DNA of 63,392 nucleotides, counting the filler, from Basidiobolus ranarum (Eukaryota): the NCBI GenBank assembly GCA_040143965.1. It is 28 parts of 28 records of this genome, joined end to end, with 100 filler letters (N's around TTAATTAATTAA, not from the genome) between each part and the next. Parts side by side here need not be neighbours in the genome. Positions count along the whole stretch, not along the records: positions 49,937 to 52,097 come from JASJQH010003695.1; positions 52,198 to 54,358 come from JASJQH010003696.1; positions 54,459 to 56,618 come from JASJQH010003697.1; positions 56,719 to 58,877 come from JASJQH010003698.1; positions 58,978 to 61,135 come from JASJQH010003699.1; positions 61,236 to 63,392 come from JASJQH010003700.1; 22 more parts are not named here. One strand, given 5' to 3'. Below are positions 51,896 through 63,392 of this stretch, piece after piece. The position numbers and the translations under genes were made by a program. The notes beneath the pieces were generated by a model that saw nothing but the letters and a program-made list of their open reading frames with translations, did no database searches and was not told where the DNA came from. How positions within the stretch are numbered: the first letter of the stretch is position 1; every line of letters begins with the position of its first letter.

Positions 51896-52097
51896 TGTTG
51901 AAAATTAGGTAAATAGCAGCACATTATTTGGTAGTTAGTTTATTCATATTCTGATTACTTAGCACTCAATTCTGTCATTCAAAAATGTGTGTTTATTGCT
52001 CTAATTGATAGAAATATCAATTATATCACTTTTACCAATTTTCACTATTTTCTCAAAACTTCTCCAAATCACCTCAAATTTTCACCCATGCTTAACA
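51896..52097 (+). repeat. LTR family C, 5' part
   Basis: Starts TGTTGAAAATTAGG. Confidence 0.8.
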
Positions 52098-52224
52098 NNN
52101 NNNNNNNNNNNNNNNNNNNNNNNNNNNNNNNNNNNNNNNNNTTAATTAATTAANNNNNNNNNNNNNNNNNNNNNNNNNNNNNNNNNNNNNNNNNNNNAAG
52201 TTTTATTACTGAATATTTAAGTCA

Positions 52225-54169
52225 ACACCCCTATACTACACATATGATCATGCATTTGCATTAGCTCTAGATGGTCTCTTGCTAAATGAATATATTGTTG
52301 GAAAGGCTTGCTGACCAATAAATTTATGTAACTTAAATCTTTCTCCTTCAGAACAGTATAAGAGTCATAATTATTTGATACTATCCATCATATCTGGATC
52401 TAAATCACCAGTGCTTATTGATAGCTTTTTGGAGCCTTGGATTGTGAAATTTGAATGGTTGTCTAATGGGGTTTAGATGGGTGAATATCTAAATTAAAGC
52501 TAATATCACTGTGTTTATTGCTGAAACTCCTGCCATCAGTAAACTTGGAGGTTTTTGTTGGCACAATGCACTATCTTGCTGTAGATTTTGTCAAATCAAT
52601 GGAATTTACTCTATCAGGCATACACATTACTACTATCCAAGTACAACACTAAACTCCATGCTTTAACCATCATGAGCCCAGTCAGATTTCAACATGTTCA
52701 CTAATATCAATTCACCAAATAGTCAGTCTAACATCAACGTTGGTATTAGCTGTAGGCCTAAGATTACATTGCTAAAGGGGATTTGCTGGAGCCAGAGCTT
52801 CCCATTAGGCCCTGTGCACTTACTATTCAACAATAATCCAACAATACTTACTCAGCTATATAGTGGAAAATTCAATATGAATCAGCCATTCAAGTTAGGA
52901 TCAAAGTTTGAAACAATTGTGGAAATGCTTGAAAATGTCAAGATACTATCTTATTTTACCCGGACTCCCATCATTATCCACTCATCTAAGTGTTTATTTC
53001 AATGCAAAGATTGGAAGTATTGGATTTGTATATATTCAAGTGGAATTTTGAAAAGATATCTGCCTGATCAGTATTGGCAACATTTGGAGTTGTTTGTGGA
53101 TATTGTTAATATATTCTTACAGTATTAACTCACATTTGCAGATCTTGGGCAGATACAGCAACTATGCAAAGATTTGTAATTGGATATGAAAAACTTTATT
53201 ACAGGCTTAAAGAGGATAGACTGAATATATGCTAGTATTTAATATTCTCTGCTGCATCTTTCACAATGCTTAGAGATCAAAGGCCCTTACTATTCATTCT
53301 AGGAGTTCCCAATGGAGCACACCGGCAGTGAAATGATGCCCCAAGTAAAGTTGTCAGTTTTATCATATGGTAATCTGATTGACAATGTAATGGCAAAATC
53401 AGTTATGGATATAATGAAATGTGTTAAGGAGACTTCCGAGTATATTAACCTTCCAACCAAAGACTCTTTCCAATGAGCTCATGGGTTTTTGCATTGTTTG
53501 AGCACAACAATAGCAACAAAGCCCAATCCATGGACAAAGAGTAAGTACCCTATAATTTGGACTAATTTGTTTGTGTGACAATCTGGCAGTATTTTTAGGA
53601 AAGCTGCAAGACAGACTTCTTGGTAAGATAGATCAGGATATGGAGTATTATTTTATTAACCATGGGGTCATCTATACAAGCTATGACACATGTGCCTGCA
53701 ATAGGACATTTGTTGACTACAAGTTGGAGATATATTGGCTGAATTCTTTATGGAAATTTGCCAAAATCCAAGAGCTTATTCTCATTGTGAATGGTAACAT
53801 GAGTCAGCTATTTGCCAAGTATCAGTGCTATTCAAAATTTCAGATGTTTAGCAATTTTTCCACCATTAGTATGCTGGTAAAGCATATTGATGTTGTTGAG
53901 TTATGTCTAATCAGTCAAGTATATGCAGATGTAGAGACCAAACACAACAAGATTGTAGAAATTTTTGATTCTAATTATGGCTGGAATACAAAGCCTAAAA
54001 TATCTAAATAAAGGCATGCCCAGTAATTCAAATTCCTAGAGCAGTAAACCAAGTAATTTGCCATTCAAAAATTATTTTTTGCCAAAAATTGCTGGATATT
54101 GAATAACAAGTGCCAAATTTGAGGATCAATATTTTGACATGTATGAATACTGTTAAAATACCATCAACA
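52225..54169 (+). mobile_element. CACTA transposase core, C-terminus and subterminal region
   Basis: LALDGLLLNEY, LNLSPSEQYK, GGFCWHNALSCCRFC, ORF 52694-53128. Confidence 0.88.
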
Positions 54170-54358
54170 TACTGGGAAAATTTGGGCTGTTTTGAGGAAC
54201 TTGAGAAAAGTGGAGTTGTGAATAGCTTTGTGAGATTTGACTAAGTGATGTTAACTAACTTATATGTGATATATGAAATAGTTAGGTGTATAAAGATAGA
54301 GATAACAAATATGTTAAAGACAATAAACTTCAACACTCCCACTCAACTAAATATTCAT
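54170..54358 (-). repeat. Internally deleted family-B LTR with PPT
   Basis: Both LTR ends present; CTCCCACTCAA adjacent. Confidence 0.75.
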
Positions 54359-54458
54359 NNNNNNNNNNNNNNNNNNNNNNNNNNNNNNNNNNNNNNNNNN
54401 NNTTAATTAATTAANNNNNNNNNNNNNNNNNNNNNNNNNNNNNNNNNNNNNNNNNNNN

Positions 54459-56618
54459 CAACAATGATTATGAGATGTGGTATATTGATTTTGGAGCTTC
54501 CTCACATTTCAGAAATGAAAAACATTGGATTGTGAAATATGAACAAATCCCAATTAGAAATGTTTTCATAGGAAATGACCTCACATTGGATGCCATTGAA
54601 AAGGGAACTATTCAAGTTACTTTAACTGGAGCTTCTGAAGAGAGAGTGCATACTTTTAAGAATGTTCTACATGTCCCAGATACTGCCAAGAACTTAATAT
54701 CTGTATGGAAGGCCTCCTCAGAAGGGCTAAAATTCAATTTTGATAAGTCAGGATGCACCATCACTGATCAAAATGGGAATTATTTAGTTTCAGGAGAAAA
54801 GGATCAGAATTTATACAGACTTACATACAATCCAAGAGGTTTGTGTGTAAATATAAGTTTTTCCAATCAAGAAACTATTCTACCATGGCATAGGAGATTT
54901 AGCTATGTTGGACTTGATTATTTTTGGGAAAATTTGGGCTGTTTGGAGGAACTTAAGAAAAGTAAAGTTGTGAATAGCTATGTGAGATAACTATTTATTA
55001 ACCAGAAATTAAGCATTTATATGTTTTGGTGAAAATACAGAAAACTAACACTGGGATTGTGTTCAGAACATCTGTGGGAGTAAAATGAGCTATCTTTGGG
55101 GCAATTTGGATGTGTTTGAAATTTCCAATATGGAATTGCCAACTCTTGCATTATTCACATGTATATATGAAATATGTTCCAATTTTCAGTTAAGTGATAT
55201 TTGACAAGGTAATGTTAACTAACTAATAGGTGATACATGAAGTATTTGGTGAGTCAGTAGAGAGATAATAAACATGATAAAGAAAATAAACTTCAACAAT
55301 TATTTGCGCAAAATGATCGAAAATCACCTAATATCTGGAATTCAATTTAACCTCCCAACCAAAGTGGAAATTTGTGAGGGTTGTATATATGAGAAACCAG
55401 TTAGGTAATCATTGAAGAGCTGTTGTTTAATCAAATCTGTCAAAAAATTGGATCTAATACATTTAGATTTGAGTGGACCTATGCAAGATTTATCTTTAGG
55501 TGGAAAAAGATATTTAATCACATTTATTGATGACTAGACCTGATACACATGGGTCTACTTTATTGAAAGAAAAGAAGAAGCACTCTCTATCTTTAGAGAT
55601 CTTAAAACACTTGTGGAGACTCAAACTAGAACTAAAATCAAGAAAATATGTAGTGATGATGGTGGAGAATATACTTCAATATTATTTATGCACTTTTGCA
55701 AAGTTCATTGAATCAAGCAAGAAACTACTGCCCCCTATCCACCTCAGCAAAATGGAGTTGCTGAAAGGGCTAACAGGACTTTAATAGAAGTGGTAAGATC
55801 TATGATAAATGCACAAAATTTATCTCATAACTGTTGGGTGGAATCTGTTGCTACAGCTGTATATCTGAAGAATGAGAGTTTTACTAGGAGTCTGTCTAAC
55901 TCCACACCATATCAAGCTTGGTTTGGAGTTAAATCTGATGTAAAATATTTGAGGATCATTGGATGCATTCCTTATGTCAAATCTATGACCAAAAATTGGC
56001 CTAAATGTGCTCCAAAAAGTAAAAAATGCATATTTATGGGTGATTGTACTCAAACTAAAGCTTATAGACTGTATGATACCAAGATTTTTAAGTTTATCAT
56101 GTCCAGGGATATTTTGTTTGATGAAACTGAAAAACTTTGATCCAAAATGACATTAGATCATGACAAAAATGAATTTTCTTATGATCCAATCATTCAAATT
56201 TATTCAAACCAAAACAATGAAGAAAGTAGCATTCCTGTAGACCCTTCAACCAACATTTTTCATACTGCAGTGCCCAGTAAAATGCTAGATGTTGTAATAC
56301 CTGTATCACAAAACAAGATATCAAATTCATTCAGAAATAGCCCTGAGTATTATACCAGTGAGTCCCAAAGTTAAGTCTATGCATACATAGCTGAAATACA
56401 TGCACCCCAGACTGTAAAAGAGGCCCTGAATGGCCCTTGCAAAAATTTTGGAGATCTGCAATGGTTGATGAGGAACAGGCTTTGATTGATAGTAAAATTT
56501 GGATTACAACCAACTTACCTGATGGTAGAAAGCAATTGGCTGCTAATGGGTGTTTAAATTAAATTCAGCTCTGATCGCAACATAGAAAGGTACAAGGCTA
56601 CACTAGTAGCCAAAGTCT
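54459..56618 (+). mobile_element. Copia pol (protease, GAG-pre-integrase, integrase, RT start), degenerate
   Basis: WYIDFGASSH, WHRRF, CEGC, HLDLSGP, PQQNGVAERANRTL, KKCIFMG, SRDILFDE. Confidence 0.95.
54922..55298 (-). repeat. Solo family-B LTR with a perfect 5-bp TSD
   Basis: ATTAT at 54917-54921 and 55299-55303; removing the LTR and one TSD restores GLDYLRKMI. Confidence 0.9.
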
Positions 56619-57118
56619 NNNNNNNNNNNNNNNNNNNNNNNNNNNNNNNNNNNNNNNNNNNNTTAATTAATTAANNNNNNNNNNNNNNNNNNNNNNNNNN
56701 NNNNNNNNNNNNNNNNNNAACACCTATTCCAGATGAATTACGCTGTTGAATCGCAGAGGAAATATCCTGTTAATTATTTCGATTTATTAAATGTTCTTTG
56801 ATTGTTTCTTTGTTGGCGAGTGATTTTATATTTTCTTTAGTTATTTATTTCGCAAGAACAGTTGGCAGGCCTCAAGCTTGTTGGTATTTTTTGGTTTGAT
56901 GTATATATGAATTTACTTTCCTAATGCTGGTGTCATAATCTCTACCGATTGCATTTTCGAGGGCACGAAAAGAGTGACCAGCGGAGTAGATAACGGAAAT
57001 ACATTTGACGAAATCATCGTATTTATTAGAGCTTATTATACAACTCACTCTAATAAGAAGTGACATCAATTCAGTAAGAAAAATAGTTTCTCAACTTCTT
57101 TTTATCATCTGCTCAACT

Positions 57119-57250
57119 ATTCGCGCACCATTAATTCAAAAAGTGATAGAATATCTACAAAGTCGAAAATGGCGACTAGTCAATCTAGCAACATGTCTTG
57201 ATAGTAAAGCATTTTATCGAGATCCCACACCATCAGATAGAATTTGTGGA
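57119..57250 (+). pseudogene. Inverted relic of a chitin-deacetylase C-terminus
   Basis: PLIQKVIEYLQSRKWRLVNLATCLDSKAFYRDP versus the neighbour's PLAQRAIEYLQGRGWNLVNLPECLGSAPFYRDP. Confidence 0.75.
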
Positions 57251-57344
57251 ATTAATGAATTAGTGAATGTCCTTAATAGAAGAGAAATTTTCAAGAAATC
57301 TTTATAAATTATTATATTAAACAAGTAACATTGAATTGAATAAT

Positions 57345-58358
57345 CTAAATGCAATCTTCTTCACCGCCACTGTTATCATTAGGATTAGGGTCACGATAGA
57401 ATGGTGCGCTACCCAAACATTCTGGCAAGTTCACCAAATTCCAACCACGACCTTGAAGATATTCAATAGCGCGTTGAGCAAGAGGAATAGTTTTGGAGTA
57501 ACTTTCTGGTCTGAAATCGGTGGTGGTATTCCAAACGTCATGATTTAAGGAGATGAATTTACCTACTTCAAGATCAGTAGGTCCAGTTTGTTCCACGTAC
57601 TCTTCATACATCTCATCGATTGTATTGACTGGATCCCAATCCACAGGATCTACATTCCAAGTTACAACGGTATAACCCATACGTTTGAGAATCTTCAGAG
57701 CGGAAGCATCGGTGTCACCATAAGGCGGTCTCATACAAGTAGGTACCTTACCGAGGACTTTAGCGAGAGCATGATTTAATCTGGTCATTTCATGGACGAC
57801 TTCATCTTCATCAACCGTGATTAAATCCGTATGAGCCCAAGTATGCGAGCAAATTTGATGACCAGCATTATAAGCACCTTTCACCACATCTGAAAGTTGA
57901 TAAATACTTAAGGTTGGATTTAAAGTATCAGCATTCTTTTCATTCAATCCATTCACGAAAAGGGTGGATTTCACTTTTTTAGTTTCTAAATAATCCAATA
58001 ATCCCGGAGTAAGAACACTTGGTCCATCATCGAATGTTACCGCGAATGTTCCTGGTTTTGTGCATCTGGTGATGACTTGTGCTTTAGTTTTATCATCGCA
58101 TCCACCGTAATTTTTTTGACATTTAGTGCCACAATGATCCGAGGTATAACCACAGTATCCCCATTGACTGCAGCATAATTCTGCTGCACAAGAGCCATAT
58201 TTAGCACCACACTGTTCGTCTAAGTACTCGATAGGTGGAGTAGTGGTAGCTTTTGAAGTAGTGCTAGTGGTAGTTTTAGCAGAGGTAGAGCTAGTGAGCG
58301 CCCGTGCACTTGAAGAAGTGGTAGATTGTCCAGTGCATGTAGAACTGATACAAATGTA
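57345..58358 (-). CDS. Chitin deacetylase (CE4/NodB) with an N-terminal CBM18 and S/T-rich linker
   Basis: Open frame 58358-57345. CBM18 QCGAKYGSCAAELCCSQWGYCGYTSDHCGTKCQ; motifs TFDDGP, HTWAH, RPPYG, DPVDW, LNHD. The start codon is not resolved. Confidence 0.92.
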   Translation of the reverse strand, partial: YICISSTCTGQSTTSSSARALTSSTSAKTTTSTTSKATTTPPIEYLDEQCGAKYGSCAAELCCSQWGYCGYTSDHCGTKCQKNYGGCDDKTKAQVITRCTKPGTFAVTFDDGPSVLTPGLLDYLETKKVKSTLFVNGLNEKNADTLNPTLSIYQLSDVVKGAYNAGHQICSHTWAHTDLITVDEDEVVHEMTRLNHALAKVLGKVPTCMRPPYGDTDASALKILKRMGYTVVTWNVDPVDWDPVNTIDEMYEEYVEQTGPTDLEVGKFISLNHDVWNTTTDFRPESYSKTIPLAQRAIEYLQGRGWNLVNLPECLGSAPFYRDPNPNDNSGGEEDCI

Positions 58359-61024
58359 TCAAGTATGACAAATGACTACGTAGCAAAACAAGCTGCTGGA
58401 TATTGGACCAGAGCAAAGCTTTCGCCGCTCAAGGCTTTTACACCTAAAATGGCACCAAATATCAGATAAGCAGTGGTATATTCACTCGTGAGTGATCCAT
58501 AATCAGAGTATATAGCTAACTATACCTCTAGGTTTTGCAAAACCTATCATCTCCATGGAGACAAATGATTAGGAACCGAACTGCTTGACACATCAACCAG
58601 AGCAATGCTGTTGCCACTGAAATAGGTTTTTACATCTAATATTGCTAGAGATGTCTGTTTGCTCAAGTCTAGCATGCAATTTACACTAAGTTAGAAAAGT
58701 ACCATAATCAGAGCACACAATAATAGGTGGCTCCAAGTTATGTTATATAACATGTCATTATGCCCTAACAAATGACTCAGACTTTGAACACATATTGCAA
58801 AATACTTGCTGATATGAGCTATTGAACAGAGCAAGGCATTAGCCACTATAATCAGGTCTTGCATCTAATATGGTCACNNNNNNNNNNNNNNNNNNNNNNN
58901 NNNNNNNNNNNNNNNNNNNNNTTAATTAATTAANNNNNNNNNNNNNNNNNNNNNNNNNNNNNNNNNNNNNNNNNNNNAATGGCCGGTTGACCTATTAGGT
59001 GAAGGCTCCACATCTGAAGAAGACACTGTATATACAAACAAACTGCAAACTAGACCAGATGAGCCAATGCATACCACAGCGCATTGACCTCAAGCCACAA
59101 CTCATGCTGGCCAAGGTAGAGGAACTTCAGCAGGATCAAACTAACCAACTCAGTGCAGAGGTTCAAGCAAAGTTCCTTCTATGGAAATATCAAGGAGACA
59201 ACAAAAGTAACAGAAGCAAATTAGCATGAGCTGCTTTAAAAGTAGGCAACTGCTGAATACTCTTGTTAATACTTACATTATCCTATCTTTACTGTTTAGC
59301 ACATCATGCAAAGTCAATATGGATTGCAGTTAAATATAGCATAAATTGCTTTAGTTAGATCATGATTGCTGATGTGTTTATGAAACACCGATAGTGTGAA
59401 ATCTTCATATATCAAAAAAATAAATGATAGCCTATTAATACAAGCAATTTCACTACAATTAAATGAAAAATGTCTGTCAATAAAAAGCTTGTGCAGCTGT
59501 ATTGGCCCAACATGGCTCAATCTGTTCACATTTTCACTCAATTAGAAGCTTACATGATTGAATGAATAATTTTCTGATCTAAAAATGATGAATCCAGTGA
59601 TTCTGATCACTACTATCATATTGCAGATTGATCCATCATTGAGTGCTGTGATTTGTCACCGGTGTGCCAAAACTACTGGTGCTTTGTAATGCAGGAGCTG
59701 TTCTGCCCAATTGAAAATCAGGATACTGTGTTAGTGAGGGACAAATGACTGGCTTAAAAACATGTGAATGTCTTGGTTATACATTTGATTGGTTAAGTTA
59801 CAGTACAAATTGTTCATTGTTACTCATTTAGTAATTTGTAAGTTACAAACTAGGGGATGAACTTGCTTTATCAGTTACCCAAAATTGGAATTTGGCAATA
59901 CTAAATCAGGTAACTTGGTACAGGCTGGCACAATATCTCTAATAAAATCATTGTATCCAATTGTGGTGGGATAGTGCCATATTGTTCCTTATAGTGTCCA
60001 ATTGAGTGTTATAGGACCCAGCCATGATAATTGACAGATTGTGCCAGATGGTGTACTAGCAGGCTGGATTGAGTGGCACAATATGACCTGGTCTGATGGA
60101 ACAAGATTTTAACAATGTTCAGGATGTAGTAATTTAGTAGAAATTTCAAAGTTGTCTAAAGCCCCCAAGCTTTATACAGTATTTTGTCATTATTCCCAGC
60201 TTGACTCCAGTTTTAGCTTATAATATTTCTAACAAAATATCTTTACCAAAGTTCCTGATGATAAGCCAACAAGTGAAAACATACTTTCTTATCATAATGC
60301 ATTTCACTTCCATTCAACCTGAGAATTTCCAGCATGTTATGTGCCCCAGTTTTTAAACTTTGGAAGAAGCCTATTGTCTCTGCAAGTCATCTTTGCTCAG
60401 TAAAGAAACCTTGCTGTTCACAAACTCTTCAAAGCTTAGTCACTGCCATCATGAAGTTCCTAAAGAATGGGAGAGAATCAAGGAGCAGGGAAGTATTTCA
60501 TGTAGAAGAAAGTGATAGCTTGTAAGAGATAGATATTGCTTAAGGGAATACAGCTTTAATCTCAAGATATGTTTTTTATACAACAAAACTTTTTGTTAAA
60601 AGAACCTCTAAAGTCAAGCAAGTATTTTGATCAAATTTGAAAATTATCATGATCAGAAGAGAGCATCCAGAAGTTTTGTTATCATCTTGCATAGTCAATG
60701 GAAGAATTCTGCCTATTAGGAACATCAGATATATATTCTCAGCTGGTGAAAATACAAGAGCAGTAAACTACTGGTAAATCAGCTCAGTGGGAGAATTCAA
60801 GCTTAAGTTTGATCACAATTGCTTAGTTTTGGATCAGTTACTTTGAGTTTAGTGTCAAAATGATTCAGTACTATCAATAGTGCTATTGTTAGAGCCAGAC
60901 AACTAAGGTTAATCCCCAGAATGATGTAGTATCATTAGCAGTGGATCAAGACTGGTATAAGAGACAGTGCCAAATGGATCATATAAATTTAGATTATTCA
61001 ACTTCCATCATCTAACACAGAATA

Positions 61025-61135
61025 TGTTGAAATTAGCATTGCCTAAACACCTATATAGTCATATATAGCTTAGTACTTAGTTATCTTATAACTCACTAAG
61101 ATATTATCAATTATTCTCAATCGGAATTTACTTAG
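61025..61135 (+). repeat. LTR family A start
   Basis: TGTTGAAATTAGCATTGCCTAAACACC. Confidence 0.85.
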
Positions 61136-61235
61136 NNNNNNNNNNNNNNNNNNNNNNNNNNNNNNNNNNNNNNNNNNNNTTAATTAATTAANNNNNNNNN
61201 NNNNNNNNNNNNNNNNNNNNNNNNNNNNNNNNNNN

Positions 61236-61494
61236 TGTGTTCCTTTCCAGCAATAGTGCAAGTGAAGAGATTGTAATCCCCCAATTATGTAGTAAATCAA
61301 TAGTTGAGCAAAGTTCAACCAAAACACCATCAAGACCATCAACTTCTAAAATGGCTACTTTGCCCACTATTGAACAACCCTCCATAGAAAATTTGGATAG
61401 AATTATTACAATAAGGGAATTGCAGGCAGAACACCATAATGATTTGTATGCAATCATAAGTAAAAACTATGAAGTTGCTATATAGGCCATGACA
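61236..61494 (+). mobile_element. CACTA ORF2 fragment
   Basis: Matches 1571-1815. Confidence 0.8.
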
Positions 61495-62133
61495 GCATTA
61501 TTCGCCAGTGATGGTAATTACGTCCATCCGGAATTTGCACCTTCAGTCAAGGCATATCAACCAAATGCGCTAGAAACCGCCAAAACTGTACTAACTGAAT
61601 TAGGTGCACTGATATTGCCAGGCAATCGTGCAAACGCCACCAATTTCATACAAGGTCATCTCTCCTTCTTTGATCAGGTCCACACTTATTTTGATAAAAC
61701 TTTACATTCTCTACAGAAAGGAAAAATTCAATCTCTAGAGCAATTGGTGAATGCCTACAAAGCTATAAACGATCCTAAAATCCAGACCTTCTACCTTAAT
61801 GAAATTTTGAAGTCCAATGGTGCCAACTCTGAAGCTGCTCGTGAACGTTTAGAATTTGTAGATAAAAAAATTCGACAGTATCTTCTAAGTATTATGGATC
61901 AAGAGAAAATAACGGCTTTCGCATTTGTCACACCGTCCCTATCCACACAGGCCTTCAGTTTTGCCAAATTCCCTGTCATTACAGTTCCATTCGGTAACAC
62001 CTCAAAGGATAATGCGGCATTCGGTCTTGCTTTTGCTGGTGCTCCATGTACTGATGATCAACTATTGAGTTATGCTTATACGTTTGAACAAAACATGAAA
62101 GCCAGAAAAGTCCCAGAGCTAAAAGGATACTGA
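61495..62133 (+). CDS. Amidase-signature family enzyme, C-terminal half
   Basis: AKFPVITVPFG...FGLAFAG...DDQLLSYAYTFEQ...RKVP. The ATG in the ORF track (61489) is TE-derived. Confidence 0.8.
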   Translation, partial: ALFASDGNYVHPEFAPSVKAYQPNALETAKTVLTELGALILPGNRANATNFIQGHLSFFDQVHTYFDKTLHSLQKGKIQSLEQLVNAYKAINDPKIQTFYLNEILKSNGANSEAARERLEFVDKKIRQYLLSIMDQEKITAFAFVTPSLSTQAFSFAKFPVITVPFGNTSKDNAAFGLAFAGAPCTDDQLLSYAYTFEQNMKARKVPELKGY

Positions 62134-62529
62134 TTGTGTGACTTAATGCACTTCTCAACCAAATCTCATCTTACTGCCACTATAATAAATATAATTCTAG
62201 AAAGAATTCAATGCCTAGTGGTATATTGAATACGTTGTGTACATCAGAAGGACAGCTATCTAAGATGCGATTACAACCTGTACTGTAAGAAAAATGTGAG
62301 GTAGAGCTTGGTCTCATAGATTTGACTGAGAAGCTTAAGGATTTACACGCAGATACATAGTTTAGGGAAGATTCTTTAAATTCGAGGGCCACTCTCCAGA
62401 TGTCTTCGTTGAAAGGCCCATCGTAAGTAATTATCCAAGTTGGTTTGCCGGCAGTCAATTGCTACTATATGGCGCAGTAATTAACAGGGCTTATAGAACT
62501 ATTCTTTATTTTGTATGTACTATTTGAGG

Positions 62530-63392
62530 TCAGGTAGTCGCCAATCCTTCATGGATAAGATGGTTTTGAATTACTACTATTATTCTGTTGAATTTCTCAT
62601 GGTAGCTAGACATTAAAGCCCACTCAGATTGGGATATATTTTGTGAGAGTTCAATATTATCTCTTGCACTGAAACTAGCCCTACGGCGGATGCCGCCATT
62701 GTTCATTTGATTATTTCCACGTTTGAGGATTCTTTGCATATTTCTTTCCAATTTCTTCGCCATCTGGATCAGCTCTTTGACCTGATCCGGTGTGAATTGT
62801 TTTGGCTCTAGGTTTCTTAACAAAAAGGCATCATCAGTAGGCAAAGCACCCGCTTTACGACGATGTTCGACATTGATAACATGCTGTTTCAAACGTTTTG
62901 AACAATCCTCGGTGACCACAGAAACCAAATAAGTCACGGTGCCCACTCCGACAAATACGTAAAAGACGAAGATAGCTTGACCAAATGGAGAGGTAGGTAC
63001 AAAATCCCCGTACCCTAGACATGGAATATAAATATCGATTCTAGACTTGAATTCTTCAGTGCCAAGATTCCAAACTTACCGATGGTTCGGAATGCAATGA
63101 AGCAGAAATAAAGTGCCTCAAAGTAACTCCAATTTTTTTCAGTAAGAAAGAATAAGGTACTACCAAGTAACCTAAACATCGGTAGAGGATGAATATATCA
63201 TAGTACGACATGAATGAATCTCATCCAACTCACCAGAAAGTCAATGCATTAATTAGAGCGTATTTTCTTTGTCTACCAATTTCATCCTTTTCTTCGTCAA
63301 TTTGTTTCTTTCTAACCTCATCCCAGTTTTCGAACGGTTGCAAGGCCAAGGTTCTAGATAATTCGGAGATGGATAAAGACAAAGGACGAATC
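62530..63392 (-). CDS. TOK1: Two-pore-domain (TOK-type) potassium channel, C-terminal part
   Basis: EKNWSYFEALYFCFIAFRTI|GYGDFVPTSPFGQAIFVFYVFVG across intron 63015-63079. Confidence 0.8.

Larger units (their letters stand above)
2180..61235. other. 27 artificial contig-joining spacers (N44 + TTAATTAATTAA + N44) separating 28 length-sorted contigs
   Basis: Identical 100-nt spacers start at 2180, 4458, 6734, 9010, 11285, 13558, 15831, 18104, 20376, 22647, 24918, 27188, 29458, 31726, 33993, 36259, 38524, 40788, 43052, 45314, 47576, 49837, 52098, 54359, 56619, 58878 and 61136. The 12-mer gives stops in all six frames. Contig lengths never increase, going from 2179 to 2157. Confidence 0.98.

Noticed and set aside
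58978-61020. Short ORFs in CpG-poor DNA of contig 27
   Set aside because: Probably old repeats; no diagnostic motif found.
2180-61235. Regularly spaced TTAATTAATTAA repeat as a CRISPR-like or periodic biological array
   Set aside because: Always centred in fixed N runs between length-sorted contigs, so it is a synthetic six-frame-stop linker. Gene neighbourhoods across spacers mean nothing.
61489-62133. Transposon-amidase fusion ORF (likewise 13610-13816, 16240-16494, 42788-42982)
   Set aside because: The starts or ends come from abutting TE sequence at terminus-free junctions; no evidence of real fusion proteins.

Overview
This is not one locus. It is 28 unrelated ~2.16-2.18 kb contigs, sorted by decreasing length (2179 to 2157 nt) and joined by 27 artificial 100-nt spacers (N44-TTAATTAATTAA-N44). 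The DNA is from an AT-rich eukaryote with short GT-AG introns; gene content suggests a fungus, probably early-diverging (inference). Most contigs are decayed, nested, strongly CpG-depleted transposons: several Ty1/Copia families (two with a Ty5/copia-type half-tRNAiMet primer site), Ty3/Gypsy, an abundant CACTA/EnSpm family with CCCTAACA termini and a divergent second ORF, and a PIF/Harbinger-type DDE element with a Myb/SANT-like partner. A Helitron relic keeps its CpGs. Host gene fragments: EFR3, a Syn8-like SNARE, a TPR/F-box protein, a TOK-type K+ channel, a CBM18 chitin deacetylase, an amidase, a claudin-like protein, a GPI-anchor-like protein, an NRPS condensation fragment, tRNA-Pro(CGG) and part of a tRNA-Leu. 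The most unusual observation is a ~282-bp Copia-like LTR (TGTTGAAA...TTTCAACA) carrying a tRNA-like Pol III unit, seen in two contigs. All calls were made by eye, without searches, and TE boundaries are approximate.
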